Below are positions 22,235 through 35,068 of a DNA stretch of 64,000 nt, one piece after another. The DNA comes from Bugula neritina (lineage: Eukaryota > Animalia > Bryozoa). The stretch is taken from the NCBI GenBank assembly GCA_964035545.1, contig OZ037765.1, positions 2,294,001 to 2,358,000 of the forward strand. Reading direction: 5' to 3'. The translations under genes and the position numbers were made by a program. Within the stretch, counting starts at the first letter, position 1. Each line of letters opens with the position of its first letter. A model generated the notes under the pieces. The model was given only the letters and a program-made list of their open reading frames with translations. It made no database searches and was not told the DNA's origin.

Positions 22235-23266
22235 ATGGCAGCAGTAACAGCCAAAGTTAGTCGACACATTCCAGATATAGCTCCAACGTTGACTCTACGT
22301 CGAGATAAAACTTATCCTACGTACCCGGCCAATAGGAAACGCATAGCGTTACCAAGAATGGAGGTGATACGCGAGATAGAGCCCAACTATAGCTGGAATC
22401 AGTTGCCGGATTTATGCGGATACAAGTCGGCCATTGTACGGAGCAAGGTTTGCGAGGGGTTAATGTATCTACTACCTGGTAACAAGAACGGTGCCAGCAT
22501 GGCCCGGCCGTACACAGCAGATTTAGGTGCTATGTTCCACGAACCATATCTAAGTTTCAAACCGAATGAGTACAATGAAGAAAATGTCAGAGAAAGTTCA
22601 AACATTCACTTTAGTCCAAATACTCATATCTCGCGCTTAAAGAGATACGGAGAGAAACGAGACAGGGCATATAACATTAACAGTGAGTCGAGAAAAAAAT
22701 ACCAAAACTACAGTTTACTAGTTACCAATGACAGTGAAAAGGAGAAGAGAGCTTCTGATAACCGTCCAGTTGTGGCAAAAATTGGTAAAGCAGAAGAGGA
22801 GCTTCAGCAGGAAGTACAGAACATTCTAGATGAAGTCGGCGTGCAGACGGTGCGTGAAGAGAGCGAAGAAGGGGACAGTCGCCCTTACAGCTCCATATTT
22901 AATAATACCAAGAGTAGGCACAACAGCGGCAGCAACAATCAAGTCAGCGAGGTGATTGAGTGCAAAGACAAATCAGGACAGCTTAATGGAAAGACTAGAC
23001 AACAGAAATTATCGCAGTCTGAAAGTGAAAGCAGCAGATCGAGAGCCTCAAAAATACAAGACTATAGGCAGCACCAGTATGTCAAAAAGTCAGCAAGGTT
23101 TAAAGATTTCAAAGAGCTACGAGAGACGGAAGTACCGAAACCGGAGCTACCCGATCATTTGAAGTCGGAATACCTCAGCGAAGAGAAGATTCAGGAAATA
23201 TGGAGTTGGCTACACTGGGACTTTAAAAAGTCAAAATTAGAATATTTCATAGAAGTATGTAGTTGA
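22235..23266 (+). CDS. Uncharacterised 343-aa protein, single coding exon
   Basis: 1-kb uninterrupted ORF in AT-rich DNA. It is preceded by an acceptor (TCTAG at ~22210), an AAAATGG start context and a probable 5' UTR exon (donor ~22039). The middle is charged/disordered; the C-terminus KIQEIWSWLHWDF...EVCS looks ordered. Confidence 0.75.
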   Translation: MAAVTAKVSRHIPDIAPTLTLRRDKTYPTYPANRKRIALPRMEVIREIEPNYSWNQLPDLCGYKSAIVRSKVCEGLMYLLPGNKNGASMARPYTADLGAMFHEPYLSFKPNEYNEENVRESSNIHFSPNTHISRLKRYGEKRDRAYNINSESRKKYQNYSLLVTNDSEKEKRASDNRPVVAKIGKAEEELQQEVQNILDEVGVQTVREESEEGDSRPYSSIFNNTKSRHNSGSNNQVSEVIECKDKSGQLNGKTRQQKLSQSESESSRSRASKIQDYRQHQYVKKSARFKDFKELRETEVPKPELPDHLKSEYLSEEKIQEIWSWLHWDFKKSKLEYFIEVCS

Positions 23267-23646
23267 TAGTCAAACAGTTTGGATTAGTAAATATAATCTT
23301 CGGTATTAAATAGTAGTTGTAGGTATAATGTGCAGTGATTTTATTAGGCAATAGCATGACAAAAATTTTAATAGTATAATTTTGTTTTTATTTATACAGT
23401 ATATTACAAATAAAGTTCCATACTCAGAGTTATCAGCCCTGAAAACAGGGAAAATCCATGTGACCTATTCATTTATGACATAGCCAAGCACATGATGGTA
23501 CATGGCATGGCTATGCACAAACATAATATCCTTTCCGCAGCTAGCACATGCACCAGGATGTCATATATATATGAGCAAGTACCTTGCAAGTTGTGTCAGA
23601 CTATATATAATATGTACAGGGCGCTATTAGAGCCCATTAGAGCAAT

Positions 23647-26387
23647 TCATACCACTATTCTATAGGTTATATATCGACCAGCTGTTTCACTAGACCTGAT
23701 AATCTTTACAACCTGCAAACACACATAACATACATATACATAACATACATGCACATAGCATACATACACATAACATACATGCACATAGCATATATACTGC
23801 AGTAAGCATGTCATAGTCTGGACAATGCTAATGAAAGTAACTCTGCTGAAGCTGTTAACAATACTTGAATTAATAAATAATGAATTATAAAATGAAACTT
23901 CAAGATGTCATATTCAGTGTGACCTTTTTTCAAGAATTAAAAATTATGTTTTGTACATAAGTACAATGCAAGAGACAAACTATTTCAAAAGTTAACATAT
24001 TGTGTAGGTATTATATAGAATTCACCCATGACAACTTGGTCTTTGTATATCACAAAACATTTATCCTACTGCACTTTCTATAATAGATAGATTCACATTT
24101 CAAGTTTCAATCTATCTAGTGACATGAAAAGTGCTAGGTAATGGAATGTAATATTCAGCTCTAACATGAACATGAGAAACTAATACAACTAATAGAGCAG
24201 TAAGTAGAACCACACCTGTCCACGTTTCAGACCAAAGTACCGGGCCACCGGGTCTCCTTGCTGTATTTTAGGGAGTTGAAACTCCTTTAGTTTGTATCTG
24301 TCAAGTAACTCCTTCTTTTCTTCCTGAGTCATGAGTACGTGCTCCGGTACAAGCTGGAGCAAAACACAATCATTATATTATACTAGAGTAGCTTACACTG
24401 TACTCAGTAATATAAGAAAGTAGCTTACACTGTACTCAGTAATATAAGAGGATAGCTTACACTGGACTCAGTAATATAAGAGAGTAGCTTACACTGTACT
24501 CAGTAATATAAGAGAGTAGCTTACACTATGCTCAGTAATATAAGAGAGTAGCTTACACTATGCTCAGTAATATAAGAGAGTAGCTTACACTATGCTCAGT
24601 AATATAAGAGAGTAGCTTACACTATGCTCAGTAATATAAGAGGATAGCTTACACTATACTCAGTAATATAAGAGAGTAGCTTACACTGTGCTCAGTAATA
24701 TAAGAGAGTAGCTTACACTGTGCTCAGTAATATTCACGACGAGTTCGGACTCGAGGAACTGCTCCAGCATGTACTTTGGTGCCAGTTCTGTGAGGGACTG
24801 AAACACGAGCCAGCTCATATTAAACATATCATATCAATACAATATTATAGCTTAGACAAAGAGTTATCCCACCCTGTGCACTGCATGTATGAGTGGATAA
24901 CTAACAGTCAGTTCAAGTCAGGTGGGGAGACAAAGCTATGACAGATAAAAATTTAAAGACCTGACATTTAACAAAGTCGTCTAGTTGGGTTATTTTAAAA
25001 CGACATTGAATACAGAACATTTTTTAGTGCATTCATTATAACGTATGTTCACATTCTATAACTTGTTACACATGAGAGTTTCTAAGTTAATATAGCTAAA
25101 TAACATATTTTAAGTAATCAAAACTCGCAGGTAGCCAATCACATTCAAGCTCACCTGCTTGGCTGAAGGAGTCATTCCTTGAATCACTACAATAATAGCC
25201 CTAGTGATGCTCTCTTCTTGCATGCGGGTGGTGTAGGTTCTGATAGTCTTTATGCCTATCTTCAGCTCCTCCGGGAAGAACACAAACATCTGGTCTACAG
25301 AAAACACCAACTTGAGCAGTTGCAGCACAAAATTAAATACAATACAACATAATAAATTACAATGCAATAAATATAATACACTACAACATATAGTACAAGT
25401 ATAAATACTAACATTATGCATCAAATTTATACATTACATGGTAAAAAGTAGTGCATACAAAATTACACCAAGAAACTACAAGAGTTTCATATGACTGGCT
25501 GGCTACTAAACAACTAAATTAAAATATGCCAGAAGTGTCAACTCAATGACTATTAAAGTTTGTTAGCCTACTAAATCACTATCATATCGTTATCGTATCG
25601 CTATCATATCGTTATAATAGTGTTTTTCAATTCACATTGGAGAAAGAACAGAAAAAGCAGCACTTCAAGACAATACCAAAAATAGCACTAATGCTATATT
25701 AGAAAAAGAATGCCACATAATTCCCAACAAAAATGAGAAGTCAAATTTCTACTGTGCGAATATTGACCTTGACATCTAGTAGTAGAACATAACGTACCTG
25801 TCGGGTCGTCATTGTGAGCCACTAGGATGGTCAGATCACTTCTGGATGGTCTACGCTCACTAGAACAGATGTAATCCATACATTACTCAGTGAGCACACT
25901 ACCATCAGCTTAGCTTGTCAAGTATAGGTATTGTAATTTAATTACAAAGAAAATATTTAAAAAATATTCGAGTATGCCAGACTTATTGACAGTCCATATA
26001 TTACTCAGCTTAGGTTGATAATAAAATTATAGCAATTTAATTACAAATGAAATATTTCAGAAACACTAAAGTATGCCAGACTCCTTGCAAAAATTATTTG
26101 GCAGTGGCATATATCTAGAGTAACTTTAAACGTGAAAGATAACTGGAATGCTGAGTTTACAAATATCATCACTCATACAAGAGAAGCAAACTCTCAAAAA
26201 CATTGAGTTACAACAATACAAAATGTTTCTGTTCTCACCTGGGTTTGTCACCAAACTGCATTTTAAACTGGTCTTCTGTTTGATCCAATTCATCCTGAGT
26301 GACGAGATAACCACGGTCATGACACAACTGCATCACAGTCTTTCTAATAGTCCACAGCTTGTATGTCTCCAGCTCATCGTCATTCAT
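23647..26387 (-). CDS. POLR2E: RNA polymerase I/II/III subunit RPABC1 (RPB5)
   Basis: Exons 26387-26239, 25859-25798, ~25294-25155, ~24797-24717, 24353-24216, 23712-23647. Motifs [53 protein letters not shown]. Confidence 0.95.
24383..24733. repeat. 32-bp minisatellite (~11 copies) whose unit spans the POLR2E exon 4/donor junction
   Basis: Unit CAGTAATATAAGAGAGTAGCTTACACTGTGCT reads on minus ATTACTGAGCACAGT|GTAAGCT, i.e. exon end plus GTAAG donor. Confidence 0.9.
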
Positions 26388-28455
26388 ATTTAACACAAAT
26401 TAGTGTCTACAGAATTGTCAAACCACCAAATTATACAGAATCATAATGCCTCAAAGCTTTCTACCATCTTTTTATTATTAGAAAATTTGAGATTGAAGCT
26501 ATCCACCAAACTTGAATATGTGTGCAAATAAAAAACATATTTTGCATTGACGCTGTATGAGGGAAAAGTGCCCCATAAGTAAAAGTATAACTATAAGTGC
26601 ACTACATCAACTCGGTCTGTAAACTAAAAAGTGAGTTGTTCTAAGTAAACAAGTCAAGAAGCTCTTCAATTATGACCAAAACTTAGTCCTAATAGTAATA
26701 CTAATAATGACCATTTCATGAAAACCAGACAAAGGCTGATTATCTGTAAGTGTATTGTTTACATTTGTTTAGTTTTACTATGGTATTACTATATTAATAT
26801 ACATTTTGAAACTTAAATTGTCAGACATAATAACATTAAATGATTAACTGATAACTCATTCTCATATGATCAAGTCTAAATCAGTAAACGTTACTTTTAC
26901 TTCAGTTCTACTTCTAGTTCTAAGACTAAGTCATAATCATGATCATAATGTCATTATGATTATGATCATTATTAATGATAAGTTGATAACTGATAAGGAG
27001 TGATAAGCGATTACCAGAGTTTCAAAAACAAAATGAAAATATAAACCAACTTAAACGTATTAAATCTAACTATTTTACATAGGCTTTTGAGAATTTTGTC
27101 CGTACCTTATTTTGAAACTAGCGGAATACTCAAATAGCGGAGACTGAAAGCGAAGAATAAGATCAAGAGGGTCGCTAAAATTAAACAGCCAGGTTCAATA
27201 CTTTCACTTAGTAAGATGCTGCGCGTCTTCGAACAAAACGCTTTACAATTCTCTAAAAGAAACACGTTTAATTTACTTTTTTTATGTTGTTATTTTTTTA
27301 ATTTGTTAGTCACATTTTATTTTATTAATAAAATTCATATGCTCATATGAGCCTTCAGTGATTTGAGTGCTGTGGAAGGCTAACTCTAAGAAATTTGTGA
27401 CTCCGTATTCTTACATTGAATCTATGATCATTCATGATGATTATGTATACTAATTTAATACTGCTATAACTAAGTCTTAGTTGGTGTTTAAGGATTTTGT
27501 AATTAACTTGTTTATTTGCAATTTTATCCTTTTGTACTGTAATTATTATTACAGTTTTTGAAAGTATAATTAATGCAAATTATAGCTAAATTAATCAAAT
27601 GAAAATCATCAAGAGTCTTCATCTTGATCTTGCACCCACTCTCAGTCTCACACTGACACTCCCAGTCACAGTGGTTTTGAGTTTGAAATTGATGCTCAAG
27701 GCTAAGCTTTGCTTTATCGTAATCATTTTGATTCTTAATTTCATTTCATTCTGAATCTATTAATATTTAACTTTTCAGCTTTGTAATTAGATTATAATAA
27801 ATCATTTATTAAATATCAATATCTGATATGATAATGAAATGATATTAATTAAATGGAATTATTATGATAAATTTCATATTTGAGAATGAAAATAATTGAG
27901 CTGAACTTCAACTTAGTCTAAGACTAACTCTAAGTCGTACAGCTTCGCTGTTTGATTATACTTATACTGTTATAGTTATGCTAAGTACTACAAGTTGAGT
28001 ACTATAAGTATAACTGTAAGTTTAGCTCAATGATTTTCATTCTTTTTATTTTTAATCTTCATATTTATAAATAATCATAATGATAATTATAATGTAAATG
28101 AATATTATTAAAAAATTTGATTCTGATTAGTAATTATCAGCGACTTGACTTAGTCATACAGTTAATGGCATCGCTATTGGAATTGTGGTTAAGAGAAAAT
28201 ATTCCAAATTATTTTATTGTGTGACAATAGTATCCTGAAGGTATATGCTGAAGTAGTATATAAACTTTTTTCTAAGAAATTAGTGAAAGATGTGGGATTT
28301 TCTATATTTGGTCATAGTTTGCTATTATCAATATGAAAATAAAAAAATACCTAAACTATTGCTAATCGCTATGCCACTAAAGTTTACATCAGTTTCATGC
28401 TTAGTTTTTGTCCTCTTAGGTTTTACATCAATGTTGCTGTAGGTACTTTTGAGGG

Positions 28456-31400
28456 ATGATAAAACTGGTGGCAGCAGTATTATTAGTATGTGCATTTGGG
28501 CTACTGGAGGGAGACAAGTCATGTGACCAGCTTCTAATGGGACAGTATCCTTTGCTTGCTGTGTGAAGGTGACGGTTTCTGTTTGTTTATGGATTTAGAA
28601 TGCTTTTGAAAATGTTGGATGGTGGTGAAAGAGTTGAGCTTGATGATTGGCTATTACTATTATGCCACTGCAAAATAGCTGATCAAAAATGTGATTTAAA
28701 TTTAATTAAAAAAATTGAGAAGTTGAGTGTTTCTAAAGGGAACTTGATCTAAAGAACAAAAACTTTCTCCGTTGAGTTTTCCATCGCTCATTAATTGGTA
28801 AAGTGCAAAAAAGATATTTTCTTTTCAACAAAATTAGTCATTTATATATTTCTTCATATAGACAAAACCTAAAATGTAGGTTAGTTCAAGAATACATGAT
28901 GTTCTTGAACTATTTTTAAGGTGACTCTCCTTTCCTCTACAAAGCTATTTGAAATTTCTTATGAATCATCATCTTGCTTCATTTATTCCGCAAGATCTCA
29001 ATTTCACACTTGTTTCATGTAATCAAATTTTACAAAATATGTTAATTATAATGTTGTAGTGTATCTGTTATAACAGTATAAATAAGAGTTATCACTAACG
29101 CAACTTTTGTAAAATATTGTTCTGCTATTGATTGGAGTTGTTTTCTTCATGGAGCAAGAGCATCTACCATAAATTCAAGTTGAAATAGTGAATTTATTAG
29201 ACATTTAACTAAATTATAAACAATAATTTAACAACTTTTCATATCAGCTTTGCAAATCTGCTTAATAGTTTTTTGCAAAATTGTTCTAATAATTATAAAT
29301 AATTACAGAAAACAAATTTCAACTGTTTTATAGATTAAAAAGGTTTTTCATTCTTATCTGTAAGTTCTTAAGCTAAAGGAAGCTCACAGTAAATGTTTCA
29401 GAATGAAAGTTAATGAAAATTTTTGGTTAGTGTCCGGAAGAATCTTGAAATTTACTTATTCTTGAGATATGCCATTGAGATACTATTCACACAAAAAAAA
29501 TTATTGAGCACCCTGCCCTTTGATTACGTGCATTATGTTTTTATGGTGTACACAACTCCATATTAGATGCACAGGTTTTTTTTTCAAGTGCCAAACCTTG
29601 TCAGAAAAATGTTGAGTATTTAAACATTTGTCATTACTCAGTTTTGCCTTATACTTATGATGTCTGAGAATGCAATGCATGTGAACCCTTAAGAAAATAA
29701 TGGGTGCACATAGGTGCAGTAGTATGTAATGTTTGTAAAGTTATTATTAAGTGTAGCTTTGTCTTTGTTGGATTTCTTAGGTTAGATTTGTTAGGATAGA
29801 TTGTAAACAGAGCAGAATGTTTTGTATTCATTGTGACGATGTATTTATCAACCCCTTAGTATGTATTTGGGATGATTGCCGGTAATAGGATAGGTAAATA
29901 TAGGTTTTAATGTATATAAATATCTGAAGCTGTTGAGTATATACTAACCAGTTCTGTGAAATATGTATCTAAAGGGACAGGGATCTATATAATATACTGG
30001 AAATTGCTGTTTCACAATAATAATTATAAAAAATTTCTAATAGCTAATCTATCAAGGGCAAAAAAGTTATAACTAATGACTTGTACCTTGTAATCGCAAT
30101 AGATATCATAATTTGACTCCTTCTGTAATTTACATAATTATTTTTCACTTGTTAACCGTTATATGTTTCAAACACAATATCTTCCAGTACAATATTCACA
30201 TAAAATGTATGATTTCTGAGTACAGCATTTGAGCATAACAAGCACCGTTATTTATTTCTACTAGATTCCCTTTAAACCTGTTTTTCTAGCTTTATATAAC
30301 ATCCGGGTCGTACCCAAATATCTCAAAGTCATCTGCATACATGAGCTTGATTTGAGTTATCTGCTCCTTGCTGAGCTGCCTGTACATAGATTTGATGTCA
30401 ATTTTATTCTGGGAGTCTTTCAGCTTCTGCGTTGAGCGGTTGTGTGCTTTCTTCATGCTGATGAGTTTCTCCCTTAATCTGCTTGTATCACCATCTAACT
30501 GCGATAATACGTAGTCCATCTCTTCATGGAATTTTTCTAATTCAACTGTGAAAAAAGATAATTCAACATAACTTCAATAAATATTTCATTTCAGTCGCTG
30601 GGTTTAATCATTAATATTATGTTCTTCAAAGTTGAGTCAAGCTCTTAGTTATTGCATTATTATTTTGAGTAAGCAAAAAACAAGTATCAGCCCACATTGC
30701 ATGTGAATCAACCTGGAATAAAATCAAAGTCAAGTTTAAAAATATCTGTATATATCTATTCTACAGCTAGAAGAAAAACACCTAGTCGATAATCATTACT
30801 ACTGCATGATTAGTTATAGCATTGAGTTATTCTCTAAGTCAGAACAATAGTCCATCAAAGCTAAGTTTCAAACTCATAATCAGCTAACACTTGCCCTTAG
30901 CAAAAATCTATATCTATTATTGAATTATGTAAAAAAGATTCGTTGTTACAAAACCAAATCAATCATTCGAGGAATCATAATATTAATGCTAAGTTGGCGT
31001 TATATGCTAAAATATTCTATGTTATCCGCAAAATTCCATAACAATACATGACTCACCTATCATGTCGTATTTGATAAGACATAGTCCACATGCCCTACTC
31101 ATGGGGTAGATATGATCATTGTAGAATGGCAGAGGTCTGTTACTTAGCACGCAGTCTATAAAGATGGAGAATGTGATATTAGCTACTTTACTGTTTATGT
31201 AGGTTGTCTTGGCGGGCTCATAATTCTTGCAATAGGCCTCCATGTCGTCGGCTCTTTTCACCATTTTATCCATGTAAGCCGAAACCAGACGCTCATACGG
31301 ATTGCGAACTATCATCAGACTATGCTTAGCTAGCTCCTCTGCTTTTATAAACGGGTTTTTATGTGTCACCAAAGGTACATTATTAGCAGAGGTTTTTGGA

Positions 31401-34400
31401 TTCTGCTGTGCAATGCTTATGGTGTCGGCAGCTTGATCATGTGACTGCCGCTGCTCATTTCTCACCACCCCAACAGCGTCCATCAGCGTTAGTTTCATCG
31501 TCGTGCTGCCTATTTTTGCTACACTACAGTAGAAAAGGCGAAACTCTGGTATATACATCCATTCGTAGCCGTGGAGAATCCACTTAGCATTCTCATAGTC
31601 TGTGTAGTCAACTTGAGTCCTTTTAGAGCACCATTTGTTGAGTCGATTTACTCTTTGGTTGAATATATTATTAATCTCACCATGTGAGAAGTTGTAGTCT
31701 GCTTGTGGGCTGTGTTTTACCAGCTCAACCACCTCCACAACCCTGTTGTGGTGGGTCAAGGCTATCAGCACCCCCAGTAAGCACAATGCTGCCACTCCTG
31801 CTGCCAATCTTTTCATCGTCGGCTCTCTAACGTTCCCTCTTCTTTTAGTCAGCCTTACCTTTTACATTTTTTCTTTACAAGTTATCAAATACTCCTATCA
31901 GATTGCACTAGATAACTATTGTACCACTTGCCTGCTCTTTTTTACTATTGACACACTTGTTCTAAATACTGAAAGCTTTACAAAGCATTCTATTGAGTGG
32001 TATTGTTAATTGGTCTCTTGTTGAGCTATTTGTGAACATTGTTGGTTCAACACTTTGTAAAACAACTTAAAGGGGACACTAACCAGCCACCCGATAGCCT
32101 ACAATTCTCGTTTTGTAATACTATTGTCATACAATAACATCTCCGCTCCTATTGGCCACCAATGGATGTTCTCTGCTTTTATTGGCCAATAAATATGCTT
32201 CATCAATAATTGGGCATTACCATGCCAGTTGATCATAAAGTCTTTCAGTTCTGCTATAATAAAATAATTATGGACTGGTCAACCAATTTAAAATAAAATT
32301 CTATGTAATATAATTAATATTTAATATATATAAATGTAATAAATATAACTTGTGTGTTTTGTCTGCAGCTATACTGCTTTCACCTACATCAGAAGCTGTC
32401 AAATCTATACCTTGCTGATAGCTAAATACATGCTTTAATACTTCTCCATTGACACTCCTGTTATACTTGTGAATGTACTGTAAGTCCTTGACTATGCTGC
32501 TAGATATTTGTGTAATTCTTCCAATGCTGCCAATGATTCTCACTTGACACAGGAGTGTGAACCCTCTGCCGATGGAACTCCAGATGCCTTCTTCACCAGT
32601 GAGTCTGTAGAAATATCGTTATTACCTTAGATAATATTTAATATCATAATTTCCTCTGATATATTATGGTAAGTTTGACATTGTTATGTAATTAGGTGTT
32701 GTCATAACAACAAGATTCTAAACAACATCCTATTGAGTTATTTACTAATAACAATACACCTTGTGTGGTAGCAAACAACTATCCGTTAACAAGTTTATTT
32801 TACACAATTTATATTGAAAACAAAACAAAATAAAATTTGGAAAATTGTTAGCAAATTATTCCAAACTTCAAGTGTGTTATCATGTACATACGTAACTTGA
32901 AGACAAGAACATTGGTTCAGATTGGTAAAACTTCTTTTTAGAATTTTGTTGTTGTTTGTAGAACTCCATTGCTACCCTGCGGAGGGGGTAAAGTGTAATG
33001 GGATGATATTTGATGGCCGTACTCTGGGTTTTGAAAGATTTACTCCTTGCAAACCAAAGTAAGATATCTATCTTCTAGTTTCTTGGTCATCATCTTTGTA
33101 TTTCAAAATTAATTAAGATATTGCAATTAATTCTATTTTGATTCCAGAGGAAAGAAGTCATTCCAGACAGCCCTCCTTCTGTCTATATTTCTAGGGATGT
33201 TTGGTGTGGACAGATTCTACCTGGGATATCCAGCCTTAGGTAATATCTGCATATTGCACTACGTAGTAGGTGATATCTGCATATTGCACAACGTAGTAGG
33301 TGATATCTGCATATTGCACAATGTAGTAGGTATTACCTGCATATTGCACAATGTAGTAGGTGATATCTGCATATTGCACAATGTAGTAGGTAATGTCTGC
33401 ATATTGCACCATGTAGTAGGTGATATCTGCATATTGCACAATGTAGTAGGTGATATCTGCATATTGCACAACGTAGTAAGTAATATCTGCATATTGCACT
33501 ATGTAGTAGGTGATATCTGCATATTGCACTATGTAGTAGGTGATATCTGCATATTGCGCAATGTAGTAGGTAATATCTGCATATTGCACAACGTAGTAGG
33601 TAATATCTGCATATTGCACAATGTAGTAGGTGATATCTGCATATTGCACAACGTAGTAGGTGATATCTGCATATTGCGCAATGTAGTAGGTAATATCTGC
33701 ATATTGCACAATGTAGTAGGTGATATCTGCATATTGCACTATGTAGTAGGTGATATCTGCATATTGCACAATGTAGTAGGTGATATCTGCATATTGCAGT
33801 AGGTGTAACACACTGCTTTGTATATACTCCATTCCACTGTTTAATTTTCTTTTATTTAATTACTTTACTTGTGCATCATTCATATACATGAATGTTATCA
33901 AAATTTTACTGTTAATTCAAAATACTGGTTCACTTACATTTACAATCTTTAGTTCATTATTTTAAAAGTTGCCATCAACATGAAGGGTGAAGGGGTTTTT
34001 CTATAAGTTGTTTCAAAGTATAATATGTAGCATACTAGTCATTTTTAATATGCTTTCTGAGATTTTTACCAGCCTAACCATACCACGTGGCTCATGTTGG
34101 CTGGTGCTATTACCAACTGAACCACAACTACTTGCTAAGCTCATTATAAACTAATAAATTATCTTGGTATCTTCTTCATTTAAGTATACATGGTCCTCTT
34201 TACACTGTAACTCGGTAAAAGCAACTTGTTATGTTAAAAGAAGAGGTAAAGTTGGTCACAGCTGTACATACATTATACTAATTAGCAGTCTGAGCCTGGT
34301 TTAGCTCAGACTGCTAAAGCACCTATTAGTAGTATATAGTGTACATTTGACGCAGCTTGCACTCCCACGTGTTGTTGAGCTTCGATATATTTTGTAATCT

Positions 34401-35068
34401 TAGGGTAGTTTAACCATCTTTCTGTCTAAATCTAGGGCTCCTGAAACTGGGCACCTTTGGTTTTATGATGGTCGGGCAACTTGTGGATATAATTCTTATA
34501 GCATCTCAGGTGAGATATACTTGGATCTAAGTCTACAGTGTGAATATAGTAGCTTTTCTGTTTTTATATAGCCAGTAGTATGGAGTTATGTCCCCCAACT
34601 TCAAACCTTAAACTAAAGTAGTCCTTCACCCCCAACTCGGAGCTGCTTATAGAACAATTCTAGCTTTTTGGTCTTTATATAGCCAGTAGTATAATACACA
34701 ACAACTCTGTGTTTGTGTATTAATACTAGAGCTAGGCAGACACTCATTAAGGTTATTCAGTGTAAGATATTGTGATCAACTGGATGCCAATTGAATAAGT
34801 TGGTGAAAATATACAAAGATGATGAAGGCAGCATATTTCTTTTGCATTTCCATTGCTTTTAAAAACTTGCAGTTGAGTTTCAGAGGAAATGTACAGAAAC
34901 TTTGAAATGTTATGAAGAATATCAGGTTGGATGTGTCTGTATTTTCTTATATGCAACAGTTCAAGTGTATTTTAGGTGGTGAAACCAGCCGATGGGACAG
35001 ATTACACCGACTTATATGGAGCTCGACTTACTAAGATATTAGAAAATGCAACTTATGCCGTACCATGA
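28456..35068 (+). CDS. TM2D1: TM2 domain-containing protein 1
   Basis: Exons 28456-28544, 32504-32598, 32962-33058, 33148-33239, 34436-34509, 34976-35068. Signal peptide, CDQLLMGQYLC, TM2 motif LSIFLGMFGVDRFYLGY, C-terminal PADGTDY..YGARL. Confidence 0.88.
28545..32503 (+). other. U12-type (minor spliceosome) GT-AG intron of TM2D1
   Basis: 5' splice site GTATCCTTT. Branch TCCTTGAC at 32485-32492, close to the AG, with no polypyrimidine tract. Phase-2 join restores GQ|YLC. Confidence 0.85.
30292..31816 (-). CDS. Golgi carbohydrate sulfotransferase (Sulfotransfer_2; CHST8-14/HNK-1ST-like), nested in the TM2D1 intron
   Basis: Exons 31816-31057 and 30545-30292. N-terminal type II TM anchor, 5'-PSB CSVAKIGSTT, 3'-PB VRNPYERLVSAY, C-terminal YADDFEIFGY. 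Confidence 0.9.
33240..33801. repeat. 30-bp minisatellite (~18.5 copies) starting exactly at a TM2D1 splice donor
   Basis: Unit GT(G/A)ATATCTGCATATTGCACAATGTAGTAG, so nearly every junction reads AG|GT. Confidence 0.95.

Noticed and set aside
24383-24733. CRISPR-like appearance of the 30-32-bp arrays
   Set aside because: Head-to-tail repeats without unique spacers, no cas genes, and located in eukaryotic introns.
12791-31816. Peroxidase plus sulfotransferase as a biosynthetic gene cluster
   Set aside because: They are separated by housekeeping genes, and the sulfotransferase is a Golgi glycan-type enzyme; there is no evidence of a functional link.
33236-33832. 198-aa minus-strand ORF and other repeat ORFs (33259, 33529, 47055, 47089)
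   Set aside because: They are by-products of stop-free minisatellite units with lengths divisible by 3, and lack gene context.
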